From NCBI GenBank assembly GCA_973895155.1, contig OZ316893.1, positions 4,578,977 to 4,642,976 of the forward strand: DNA of 64,000 nt, given 5' to 3'. The notes beneath the pieces were generated by a model. That model did not search any database, was not told the origin of the DNA, and worked only from the letters and a program-made list of their open reading frames with translations. Of this stretch, positions 48,610-61,367 are shown one piece after another; position 1 is the first letter of the stretch; each line of letters starts with the position of its first letter. The stretch comes from Marsupella aquatica (taxonomy: Eukaryota > Plantae > Marchantiophyta). Position numbers and translations under genes: made by a program.

Positions 48610-51233
48610 TGTGACCAGATGCAAGCACAACGTACGACGGTTTGGCATTTTGGGCAGGAGTCTTTTAGTTTGTAAGGTTCCTACAGGCCATACAATGACC
48701 TGCCATTTTGGTTTGATATGGCATAACGTGTATGCTTGGTTTGTGGGGCAAGTGGGACCAGAATGTATGTATGTGAATGGTCGACTTATTTTCAATGTGC
48801 AATAAAGGGGGGCTCAGACCTGCATCTGTTAAATGAAGGTTGTGATGTCCACGATGCGTTTGTTAAAACGTACCAGAAAGTAATTGGGTGTTAATCGGCT
48901 GGTGTTTAATCGATGAATGGGTCTCGGCTAGTGTTTAATCGATGAATGGGTCTCGGCAATTTTTCATTTTGCAATTTGTGCGCAATTTCTTAAGGAAAAC
49001 TTCCAACTTCAAACTCTGATACAGGACAGCAAATAGAACTCAGCCACTATAGCGCTTTTGCGGATCGCAGCGACATCATGTAGTGGGTCATCATAGTTCA
49101 CGGAGAATTGGGTAAGGGCCCCTCCCCAATCTCTGGACATCAACAGACCAAAAAAATAGAGAAACACCTGAAACTCATTGGGCGGATCTGCGGCTCCATC
49201 GATCCCAACGACCAGGAAGGGAAAAAAAACACAAGCATACAGACAACTGTAAAAACAACGTGACCCCAAACAATACATTTATGGCAGATGTGTTCTTGTT
49301 CCAGTAGGTGTTCATTATATTTATGGAGAATTGATGGGTAATGTATGTAAATGAATAATGGAGTTTGCACTTTGAAGGCCGGGGCAACGCCTGCAACTCA
49401 ATGAAGAAGTAAGTAATCATGAAAAAATAGACGACAACTTCCATATGCGTAAAATAGGTCATAAAATTATCTTTTGCGACAACTTACCACTGCATACCGG
49501 TTGGCAAGGGGGGGTGGACAGCATATTGGCAACCCGGGCGGTTGCCACAAAACAGGCATCAGCCTTGGACGATGCCACAACACCTTTGTCAGCATGGCGC
49601 TCATGATGTATATTGCTTCAACTGTAATCTCAAAGACTCAAAAAGTGTGGTCTGTTCTAAATATCCGAGTTCATTCTCATACTAACCTTGTAACATTAGT
49701 GTTGGAACGAGCATAACCACAAATACCCCAAACATACCCCTCACATACCTCGCACATACCTTGCAACGGCAGAACAAACTACGTCACATCCGCTTCTTCA
49801 CTTCCTCTGATATTAATGCTCTACCTGTTTCATATGACCTGCGTAGCCTGCAAAATATTCCACATACCATATATAATTAATGATGCATGTTGCATGAAAA
49901 TAGATCACGGAGTCTGTATCATTGAACATCCAAATTCATACCTGTTCCATCGATCAGAGCGCACCAGACACGAAGAAGATATATGGTTTAGTTGGTTTCT
50001 AAGGATCGGTGTACAGGGGGTGGCTGGCCAGCCTTGGGATCGGTGAAATCGATGACGAGTTTCAAGGATGCGTAAATGGTACTGTAGGATATTTACTAGT
50101 AAGCCCGGGCTAAGGAAGAAGTGGGTGGTAAAGGGTTAGGTAAGATCTGCTTTCGCTTTGAAGTATACGAGAACCCTATATTTGACCTGCGAGCATATTT
50201 CAAACTCAAATCATAAGCAAAAACTATCGCAATCAAAAGAATTGACTCCGAGTGCTGCCAATAATTTCTACCAAATCCAAAACACATTACAGGATATCGC
50301 ACAAGGTGGCATGGGATTTGACAGAGAATTCTCCCACGTAGTACAAAGATCCACAGGTGGCCTGTGGACTTCCACGTTTTGGATGATGTTATCGGGCGCG
50401 AACGTGTAAAACTTATTCTGAAGTTGTCTGAGCTCGCATAGAGGAGAATCGAACACTTAGAGTGGGAGGTGTGAGCTATGGTCAATCACCTCCACTCTTT
50501 AGTACCTTTGGAATCGTTCCCGCGGAAACGATCCCTCTAAAACTGGAGGGAAACTGAGGCCAGCCTTATCTTCTTGGTATCCTATGTAGGGTATTTGCCA
50601 CATAGGCTTCTGATTGATCAGAAGGTCATCGCAGCTGGCGGCTTTACTTTCCCGAAGTGCAGGCTGCGCTAGTCTCCATGGGAATAGTTTGTATCTTGTC
50701 CTAACTTGTCATAGTAATCCAAACTGCGTGGACTTTTGAGTTAGGCCTAGAATAGTAGAGTGAGGGAAAATTTCCCAGTTGTATAATCATGACCGCAACT
50801 CCTAAATCCCCGGCCTAAATCGGCTGGATAGAAACAAAATCAGCGATGCGGTTGACGCAATGGACTGCGGATATATCGCATTTTGAAGAGTGACATTATT
50901 AATTTGGACCAGGGCGGTCAGTTCAAAACTGATGAGGACCAGCTTTGAGGCGGGCAACGCATGCACTACTTGCCTTGCAACCTTTACCTTGAACATGCAC
51001 GGGCGGGCGATTCAAATGGACGATGAACCCGCAACCTTTACCTTCAACACGCGCGGGCGGGCAATTCAAACGAACAATGAACGAGAGAGGCAGTGAGTGC
51101 GCTTGGTGTAATACTCCCTTTTCGTTTTAAGTCCCCCTCTGTATTTCACTATTTCTGCTACGCGTACGCCTGGAGTGAAGTCGATCTTCAAAGTTTCCTA
51201 CACTTGATCGACGTTGATTGAAACAGAGTTGCA

Positions 51234-54200
51234 ATGCATGAATGGAGCAGGCTTACGTGTAAGGAATTGTGTGAAAACATTGATCGATGTTTAGAATCGA
51301 CAATGTACACTCCCAAAATTGAGGAGTTGGATCTTACTGGGGAAAGCTTCTTCTGTATGGATGGGGATGATTGGCAACTTTTCTTTGACAGTGTGGGGAT
51401 GAAGACATGGATGCACAAAAAGAAGTTGAGGAGATGGGTGAATGAATGCAACGGGAGCAGCAATACCGGAGTCACACAGCCATCATAGCTACAGCCATCA
51501 CCGCTGCAGCCATCACCGTTGCCGCCAATGAAGACACTATCTGAACGTGATACGAATCGAAAGGAGAGCTCTGGTGAAGAAGAGCACAAGTCTATCAGAC
51601 CTGCTGAAAATACCCGCACTCCTGATGCACCGGAGAGAGAGACGTCTATGATTGGTTCTACCAAGCATCATCAAGTAAGTTGTTTGTCTCCCGTGACATT
51701 AAATTAGCCTATTGAAATCCATTGCGACCACGGCAAGGACCTCTTCTGATAATCACGCGAAGGCATCTAATGCAGTGCACAATGGTAGTTTCTTTGTTTG
51801 ATTGAATACACGCTGATGTGTGTTTCGACGCTGTTGTGCACAGTTCTATCCTTCGGCAGAGGACATCTTCAATGTGACCAACAAATCTGGAGGACGGTCC
51901 ATTCTGGCTTCTAAGCATGTAGAAGCGCACCAAGCTCACAAGGCAAATTACAGAACGGTGAGGAATTGGTTTGCGAATTCGCCGCCGACAAGGAGATATA
52001 CGAATACCTCAGTGCAGATTTCAAGTCTGACACAAAGACAAAAGAGAATTGTTGATTGTATGTTCAGAGTAGAATGCACGAACTTTCACCTCTCAAATTT
52101 GAGTGTCCAGAAACCGGATCTAAACATGAGATGCCTTGGCCAAAAAGCTTCTTGTTTGAGGTCGTCAAGAACAGAAAGCATGAATGGAGGAAAGCAAATG
52201 CAAAAATCAAGGAAGGTACGTACTGACAGATTCCCATTCATTAGTTAGCGTAGTGCCATTGATTTTGGCAATGAACTGTGTTCTATCTTTCGCAACTTGG
52301 AAATAACCTGGAAATACCCTGGAATTAACCTCAAGTACTTGCACTAAATTTCATTGCAGGTGCCATCCCTACGGCCCGAAAAAAGGAGCCGACTGATTTT
52401 GCAGATATGAAGGTAGAACCAAATGCAGATGAAGCGATTGCCATTGGACATGGACAATCATACCCAGAGATTTTTGTGGAACTTCGTGCGTATGCATTCA
52501 AGGTGACCTTGGTAGAACTGCAAATGAGAGACGCCAATAAGTCTGTAAGGTATAAGGGGCAGTACAGTGGAGAGGTCGTTGGTCGTGGAATACCAAAGAG
52601 TGTCCATGTTATTAAGAAAGTGAGATGGTGGAAGATTAAGTTCATGAAGGCCTAGTCTAATGGTAATCCGTCATTGCTGGCGCCTTACTGGGTGCCATTA
52701 ATGACACCTTCAAAGGGTCTGCAGATGGTACAGTTTGGGCACTTAAAACCAGTAAGTATGGTGCCATATACATATATATATATATATATGCATTTACCAA
52801 CCCTAGGTTCATTGCATCGGAATGAATCTGCTTCTCTGGGTTCTGCAGGTTTTTTCATGTTGCCCAGTCAATATGTATCGAGAGGTAGAGATGTTAAATG
52901 AATGTGGTTTTCTACAATATATTTATATTGCAAGATTCCCTGGCACTCATGCACCGTCACTATTGATGTGCATGTACATATTGCAGGACATGTCCATTTT
53001 TGTTCCGAGAGCATATTGTTCCATGAGTCCCAATCTGGCTCATAAAGTATGCCAATCGTATTCAGGTCCCTCTCCTCAGGGTTCTGCTGTCTCAGGAAAG
53101 ACCTCCAAGAGAGCGGGGTTACCGGAGATAGGTCCCTCTCCTGAGGGTTCTGCTATCTCAGGAAAGGCCTCCAATGGAGTGGGGTTACCGGAGATGCCTA
53201 ACGTTGAGGAAAACCCTCTTTCAAAACCGAAGAAGCGAGTGTTGGCATTAGCTGGCCATGAAGAAGATGCAGAGGGAGGGGCGAAAGTAGAGCATAGAGA
53301 GGAAAGCAAAGCAGATGATGCAGTCAGGTCCAGCGATGGAGAGCCAAGCGAGGATACTGAAGTACTGGATACCACTACATACAGCCAGGAGAAAACATCG
53401 TCAACATCAACTATCAACTTGCAAGTTGATTGCTTCACTACATCCACCCAACTTTACATTGAATCTGACGAGGATGATGAAGACACTAATATAAGGCCTA
53501 ACGATCAACCGGAACCGGAGGTACGAGTATTTTGCCATGCTAGTTGCATTCTTATATATCATACGTATGTAATTAAAATTAAGACATCGAGTTTGCTTTA
53601 TACTTATTTTTCAGGTAAAAAGACAAAAGATTGAGAGCAGTCCTGCAGGGGGAAACAACCCGCTACTGTCCAAGGTATATATCATATATCATTGTATGTA
53701 TAAGTTTTGTATATTGCAATTATTATAATGGCCTAAAAGTTCTATTGTACAAGTGATGTATATGACTTTGCAATTCATTCTACTTTGAGCCTAGGTTCAC
53801 CAATATATACAATGATTTGCACATCCACATATGCATGGCAGGTTAAGACCGAGAACAAGGTGGAGTCCTTGCAAGCATTCGGGACCTAAATCAACCAAGG
53901 AGTAGAGCACAAAGAGGCAAGGGTCCGAACCCAGGCAAAGAAAACGTACCTTCATTTAGAGCTATTTCAACAAAGGTACAGGAGGATGCAAGGGAACGGT
54001 TGTTGACCGGCAAAAACATGGTATGATTTCTTATTTCCATCCATTGTAAGCCAGCAGTCTTTATTAGGTTGCAGCAATCATTGTGTACAATGTGTAGACA
54101 GAAATTGTATGTGTGGAACGTACTCTTGTGGTCTCATTATGTGGTCATTATATATGTACAGGCAAACCAGGAAGAAGTTTTGTGTGCTCAAGGAACCCGG

Positions 54201-54664
54201 TCGACGAGAAGTAACAAGTCCCAGGCTTCTGGAGACTCCAATATAGTAAGCATATACTGAGAAGTTTTGCACGATTCTGTAAATAATCATTTATAGCTTG
54301 TCATTGGTGTACTACCATATTTTAAAAAGCTCACCAAAGATTGTAACTTTTGCAGAATTTTGAAAAGCTCACCAAAGACGCCAAACTAGTATTGTGCATG
54401 AGAGCCATGGGTTTGATGAAGACCTGCAAAGTGGAGGCCAAATTGCGCACGTTTGTAGCAGATACGAACAAGCGGTCAAAGACTACCCCCAAGCCATTCA
54501 CCAAACACGCTCAGAAGAATGCATCAGAGTTATTGGACATGGTGGCCAGGTGGATTGTAGAGCAGAATGTAGTGATCGTTACACATCTTCCGGCTTTAAA
54601 TGCCGATGGCCAACAAAGGATCTTCCCTGAAAATGCTATGAAGAAAGCCGGGGAAGAGGTATAG
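51234..54664 (+). pseudogene. Multi-exon gene with an N-terminal SAM-like domain, otherwise unknown; premature stops
   Basis: W...T..EL...I......Y...IEELDLTGESFF.MD.DDW.....VG....HKKKLRRWV fits the SAM consensus. In-frame TAG at 51486 and 52652, with GT-AG-bounded downstream exons. Confidence 0.55.
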
Positions 54665-55059
54665 TACTCACTACATAGATAGCATACCTGCATCGCTCTA
54701 TGAACGGCACAAGCTAGACAAGTTATGAATATGATTGCATTATATATTGACCAAGGGCCACCACTACTTGCTTCGTGTTTCACATATATATACATATATA
54801 TATAGAGAGAGAGAGATGGGAGTTGCTAACGTACTTAGTTTCTAATGTACAAATGAATGCTACTTAACTCACTGTGATCTTATTTACAACGCTATGAGGA
54901 AATGATTCAAAACCATATTAGAAATTTGATTTGCGTAAGCTGGGCCCAATAAAGAACCTTACATTCATGATACCCATCGACATTTCATGGTATTCATTGG
55001 CAATATGACTGGATGGTTTTCGATGCAATTCATTTGGGGACGCCAGACATTTTTAATAC

Positions 55060-55890
55060 CCCATTGGTAATACGTGAGGATCCCCCAATACCCCACAATA
55101 CATAGGCGTTACATCGTGAATCCCCACTTCATCGTAGGCAATTTGGATGATGCAGATGCACATTATCCTGGAATTTGACGATGCGGATGCAATTTGACGT
55201 AGCAAGAAGCCTGGAATCAAAAATACCCTACAAATACCCCACGGTATGCAGGTAAAATGCACAAGTAATCCCCGCTTCGGCATAGGAAATCTAGACGGTG
55301 AAGATGCATATCATCCTGCAAACCTCCAGGGCTGTTAGCAAAGCCACCTGGAGAGTGGCAATTGGAAGTGGCATACCAAATACCCCAACGATACCCCAGG
55401 GTATGCGGGTAATATGCACACAGAACCCCTACTTTGCAATAGGAAATTTGGATGGTGGAGATGCATATCATCCTGCACACCTCCAGGGCTGCCAGCGAGG
55501 CCACCTGGAGAGCGGCCATTGGACGCTGACAACCCAAATACCCTAGAGATACACTAATGTATGCGGGTAATATGCACACGGAATCCCCACTTAGCCACAA
55601 CAAAATTGGACGGTGGAGATGCATATCATCCTACGCACCTCCAGGGCTGCCAGCGAAGCCACTTGGAGAGCGGCAATTGGACGCTGACAACCCAAATACC
55701 CCAGAGATACCCCACGGTATGCGGGTAATATGCACATGGAATCCCCACTTTACCACAGCAAAATTGGATGGTGGAGATGAATATCATCCTGCACACCTCA
55801 GCGAAGCCACTTGGAGAGTGGCAATTGGACGTTGACATCCCAAATACCCCAGCGATACCCCACGGTATGCGAGTAATATGCACACAAATG
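55060..55890. repeat. ~157-bp tandem array (~5 units) rich in ATACCCC
   Basis: aaatacc anchors near 55222, 55378, 55536, 55694 and 55843, with conserved gcatatcatcctgcacacctccagggctg. Confidence 0.88.
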
Positions 55891-56829
55891 TTGCGGAGAG
55901 CGCGACCATCCAAGGACCTGGATTATGCCAACTGCCTCCGGCTTATACAAATAAACACGCAAATGTGGGGAAATGTGGAGGCGCTAAACCCTTCTGTAGT
56001 TGGGTATGTTACAGGAAACACCCCAAATGTCATGCCTGTGGGACACATAGGCAAATTACCCAAGGGAAACGTCGAACTGCTAGAAGTATCAAATCCCTCG
56101 TTATGTATGGGAAAGCATGGGTATTTTCAACCAAATTCCCTAAGATGTCCGGAATCCCCACTTCTTTGTTATGGTACACTGATTCACCAAGTCAGGTGGG
56201 GAAATCCCCAACTCCTCGACCATGCATATCCTCCTTGTGCATTTTTGTGAGTACTGTAAAGTGTACAAGGATGTCATTAAAGACTTTGTACAGTGTCGGA
56301 GGTGCCCTCGCAGTTGGTGTCATGATGAGACACCTGGGGGGTGAAACACCTTAGGAGGTGTGTGAAGGGCAGGGACCACTGGGATGTGGAAGGGTGGCGT
56401 TTCATTTATTGTCATAGGCATCCAATACCTGAGGGGGAATTGGTTCCTGCACAGCCACATACCTCTTAGAGTTTCTGAGTTTGGTAGAAATGCTTTGGTA
56501 GAGCAAACTTATTCACTGGACTAATTATATGTGAAGTATGTTCAACAAGCTAGTATTTTGGAGTAATGTCTAATATGCTTCATATTGTTTTGTTTATTGT
56601 GCTGTATGGCAGGTTCATTGTGTGACTGTGATTGTTTTTAGAACCCCTTCATACTTTAACTTTAACAAATTGATTGAAATGGCTACCCAGTTTGTAAAAC
56701 TATTGCACAAGAAAAGGGATGTGGTGACTGATGGGAAAGATGAAGAACCTATAGCTATGTTGGCCTTCAAACTTACTTCCTGTTGGCCTTCAAAGAAGGA
56801 CAAACCCGGATCAAAGTTGAATTCCTGAT

Positions 56830-58264
56830 TTGGTTTATTTTGATTTTGATTTCTGGGATTATAGGCTTCCTGGTCGCATGAAGGTCAAGAGTGAGAAAAT
56901 GACTGAGTTGTCTGAATTGGATGGGAAAGTTGTTGTCATTGAACAAATTGGATCCTTGCATACTGGCAGGACAGAGTTTCCATCAGTTTCTACTCCTATC
57001 ACCCAATCGGTTGGAGTGGACTCTTCCCAGGGTGAACAACTGCAAGAAGCTCCCCCTATGAGAGCTTCTTTTGAGTCTCTTCTCATGTCTCAGGCGGCTG
57101 TCAAAGTCTGGAATGATGAATATATAAGACTAGAGAAGTGGATTCACAAGAATGGTTATAAAGCTCATAATTGGAGAATTCAAACTTGGGATGAAGGACA
57201 GGATGTGAGAGGCCATTTGGAGTGTCTTGAGTGCAGAGTGGTCTATGGGAGGGCAGACAATTCCCAAGATAAGAAGTCAATTGCTAATTTTTTTAGCAAT
57301 TTTAAGACCAAGCACCTTGTCTTTGCTAAACACAAAGACAATTATTGCAGGAGAAGGGGCATTGCTATGATTGGGGTCAAGCCTGCAGATCTTGCACAGA
57401 AGCCTGAGTTTGATTATGAGGGGGCCATAACAACTGGCCTAGAGATAGTCCAGACTCTGAATGCTGAGTGTGGAGGTGATGATGAGCTGTTTTATGTGCC
57501 CCCTATGCCAGGTCTAGCCAATAATGCAAATAAGTGGTTCCTTTATAAGGTTCGTTGTAAAGTCTGTGGGGCAATCATGGATTTGGTTTGTAAGAAAGGA
57601 ACTTTGGACCACAACCTGAGGACACATTTGGTCAGTCGGGGTCACCTGGATGTAGTTGAAGCCAGAGAGAATACTACTGAACTTGCATTGAGATCTGGAA
57701 AGAGGGGCAGACCAAGGAAGCCAGATGAGAGGGATCAACATCCTTCACAGAATTCAACTTTAAAATTCTTCAAGGAGGATGCTTCCAATGCAAGCAGTAG
57801 CTCTGGTACAGGTGGGTCTATAGACATTGATGTGGGCTTAAGTTTGCTCTGTTGGGGAATATGGGATGAATATGTAGAGCGGAAGAATGTGAAGTATGCT
57901 GTGAAGGGTATCTTGCATGATCAGCGTGGTGGACATGTATGGGATTTAGATGCTGCAGTCTTTGTTGATGTCTACAATCCTAACACAAGTTCTATTGTAC
58001 ATATAAAAGGACTATTTAGGCATAGAGATTGCTCTAGGCTGTCCTTGTATGGTGGGGGGTTTCTGAACCTAACTTGCAGTAGATGTCATGTTATAACACT
58101 AGAAGATGACTTTCGTGGGCGGGTGCACAGGGAAGCAGAGGCTTTAGCAAAGAGAGGGGAAAGAAGCACAGAGGGTGGTTTGAATGCACGTTATTTGACA
58201 CGTCCAAAGTTGACCACACAGTTGCATGGTCTGAATGTCAAGAGAAGAAAGGAGAGATGGTTGT
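56830..58264 (+). pseudogene. Zinc-finger plus AT-hook protein, probably the N-terminus of a TE protein, truncated by the insertion at 58265
   Basis: CLEC...KHL...KH and CKVCG...NLRTHLVSRGH (C2H2/BED-like), KRGRPRK AT-hook and a further C-rich block. Composition changes abruptly at 58265. Confidence 0.6.
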
Positions 58265-61200
58265 TGTGGTGCGTCCCATGGCTCCCTAAACCCCAGAAAC
58301 CCCCCTTCACAAGCCGATTCCCGCAGGTTTTGCGCTTGGCGAGGCCGTTTTGGTGGCTTAGTGGCATGGGATGCTGCTAACCTCCTTCTACTACTACTAT
58401 TAACATTTTACACACATATACTGGACAGATCCTTCATCGGGTCATGAGATACGTAGCCGGCCTAATCTATGCCTTCCCTTGTCTTCCCCTCCTTCTTGTT
58501 AGGTATATTTGGATTCCGCCGCCGGAATGATCCCCAATAGGCTTGGTTAAGCCGCTAAGACCTCTCTTAGCTCGACACATCCAACTCTCACTCCCTTGCT
58601 TACTTTCCTTCATCTATTAGTTGATGTGGGCACTCTTCACACAAGTTAATGCGACACACAAATAGCAAAATGACTCCTTCTGACTGAGTCATACCATGCA
58701 CTTGCCATACAAACAGTACATCTCATACACAAGCTCTGCGAACTAAGCCGTGAGGCCAACTCTATTCAGCTCTTAGGCATGAGGAAACATGAATATACAC
58801 AAGGGTCACTGTATTACTAACCGAGAGCTTCTCTTACTACTTGATCCCAGCCCGGCTGGTGCAACTAAAAACTTGCTAAAGAAGAGGCCCTGAGCTCCCC
58901 GCTGCCCAGGTACTTATCCTGGTAGTGGATCCGCCTAATTCTTTGCAGCGTAAGCCTAATCTACCTAACTGAATCTACCTAACTGAATCTACCTATGTAC
59001 AGCGAGGCAGGAGTACAAGTGTTGCTCTTACCAGTGGAACCGCCATCCCACTAAGCTAAGTGTCAGGGCCGCCTCCTGGTCCTGATCCTAATCCTAAACT
59101 TAGAGATCTGAGCCCGCCCTGCCCACTCACGCCTTCTCCCTCCACGTCCGCCCTCCTTGAAAGGAGCGGCCCTCCACCACCGTCATGGCAGCGGTGTCTG
59201 TTCCTTAGTGGACGCCCCCAACGCTTCCTCCTCAGCCACTGCCATAGGTTCGTTCTCTGACAGATTACCTGCCCTTGACTGAGTCAACTCTCCATCGGCC
59301 TGACTGGGTCCACCCCCGGCATCGGCATCGGCTTCAACATCAGCCTCGGCTACGGCCTCAGCCTCGGCTTCATTACCGAGTATCCTGGCCTCGGCTTTGT
59401 CATTCCCTTTCTTCTACGGTAGTTGGATCCTCTGCCGTAACCCTGCCTGAGGTCGGTGCTGGGTTTACCTCCTTGGTGCCCATGGCCTGTGGAGCCATAT
59501 TAGTCCTTGACCCTGAAGGTTTCCGCTTCTTCTTCTTTTCTGGTTCGGCAGCTGGCCCCTTCCCCTTCCCACTTACTTCTGGCACTGGTGCAAATGGCGC
59601 GGCTTGTCCTTCGGCCAGTACTACTCCTGGTAACTTAGTGGCCTCAATTTGAGTTGGCCCTGATGAAGCCAAACACTTAAATACTGCGGCTTGTTTCTTC
59701 AGCCGCTCCGTTTGGTTGTCGGCTCGTCGTTGTAAGTTCTCTAGCTTCCGCGTGCTTTCCTCCAACTCTTCCTGCACTTCGTCCAGGTCCTTGCGCGCCT
59801 CCTCCAGCTCCTTCTGGGCTTCCTCCAATTCCTTTTTAAACGCAGCTCTCTCCTCCAGGGTCGCTCTTAACTCCTTGTCGAGCTCTGCAATGATGACAGA
59901 CTCCATCTGGTTCATCTTGGTGTAAGTCTGATCGAGCATATTGTCCTTCTCACGTAGGTCGGCTTTGAAGCTGGCCGTCAGGGACGCAAGCTCCTGCTGC
60001 AGCGCAATAATCCCTTGATAGGATTTCCCTAACTCGGCCTCCTTCTGCTCAAGGGCTCCGCGGATAACCTCGAGCTCCCCTTTCAATGCCCTTTCCCTTC
60101 TCTGGGTCTCCGCCATGGCCCGGTTGTTGGCTGTTATGTGGGCCTCCTCTGCATCCCTTAGCTCTCGCTTCCACTTCTCCCGCTCCTTGATCGTATCGGC
60201 CAACTCTCCTTGGGTTCGAGTCAGTTTATTCTCGATAATCTGATTATCAGACTGTGCGGTATCCAATTGGCCCTGCATGATATTTAGCTCATGCCGCTTA
60301 ATCCGCAGCTCATCTTGGGCTTTCTTGGCCGCCCTCAGGTCTTTGATTTCGGCTTCCCTTGCCCTAAGCCGACGGATGACCTCGTCCTTCTTGCTTCTTT
60401 CCAAAGCCACCGCTTCTTCTAATTGGCGCTTCTCCAACATCTCCCTCTGAAAAAGGGTCCTTGCTCCAACTCCTCCCCAAAGATGTTGAGCGCCAGCTCT
60501 CCACACATTTCCCCGTACTCCATGGCTCTATTTTTAGCATAGGTGGAGGAAGTAGAAGTCATCGGCATCATCCATCGCGGCCTTTGTTCCCAAGCCGCCT
60601 TGCGGATCTCTTCTATTGTGGCTAGAGGGATGCTTCGTTTTTCTGCAAGCCGCCTGATGTCCTCTGGCCATTCTCCTCCTGGTAAATCCTTTTCCCTAGC
60701 CAGGGCTGCCTCCTCCTCCTCCCTGATTCGCTCCTGAAATTCCTGTGCTGTCTGTTTTATGCCGTTAAAGCTCGGGGGAGCGACATCTGGTGGGGGAGAC
60801 TCGGGGCTGCTCTGCTGGCTCGGGTCTCCTCGAACTACTCTTGGGAGCGTGGGGATGAACCGGCCACAGGTCCTTACTCTTGGAACATGATGATCTGACC
60901 CATAGCCGGAGTCATCATTGCTGTAGTCCTCTACCGCCTCCTCCTCGGCTTGGACTACCGGCTTCTCCCGCTGTTCTCCTGGTTTTGTCGTGAACATGGC
61001 TTCACCTCTCACCGATCTTGGTTCCTCCTCCGGCTTCCGTGTTGATCTCTTGTTCTCCTTGTCGTGGCCGGGAGCTACGGCCTGCTTCTCCTCGGCTTCG
61101 GGACTTGAGGCCCTACATATATCCGGACTCCCGGCTCGTGTTCTGGCCTCCTTCTCTCCTTGACACCAGTAAAGGGGTTTTCCCTTGTAAGCCGGCTTAG

Positions 61201-61367
61201 GCCTACCTCTGGAGCAGTGTCCTGCATTGGTGCCGTTGCCGTTGCCGTTCTCTTTTCCTTCTCCAACAATTTCAGCAGATTCTGCATGCCTGGTTGCTGC
61301 ATCGGCAAGTCCTCCGTCCTTGGCCTAAACACCTGCTCGATTGTAGGACTGTCGGGCGGGTTGGGTT
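58265..61367 (-). mobile_element. Retroelement-like unit A (reverse orientation) with a frameshifted acidic/coiled-coil ORF
   Basis: The terminus TGTGGTGCGTCCC interrupts the upstream ORF. ORF pieces 61332-61075, 61012-60419 and 60506-59400 are homologous to unit B. Confidence 0.7.

Larger units (their letters stand above)
30387..58264. mobile_element. Large decayed CACTA/CMC-type element 'element 2'; left TIR seen, right end not seen; extent beyond ~45 kb inferred
   Basis: CACTAGTACATTTTTGGCCCTTT at 30387 has the same CACTAG-N9/10-GGCCCTTT layout as the element 1 TIR. It is followed by TCCGA/TCGGA-rich subterminal sequence to ~30790. A CMC transposase lies at 40445-44616. ATACCCC motif clusters recur from 35 to 56 kb. 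Confidence 0.6.

Noticed and set aside
49780-50490. Possible minus-strand exons with GT-AG sites
   Set aside because: Multiple stops and no recognisable domain, so no call can be supported.
51840-51990. Homeodomain-like YPS...VRNWFAN motif
   Set aside because: Spacing is atypical, the basic residues after WFAN need a frameshift, and the exon's true frame is ambiguous.
58265-58380. C-terminal ~38 aa of the 516-aa ORF as genuine coding sequence
   Set aside because: It is read-through into the inserted element.
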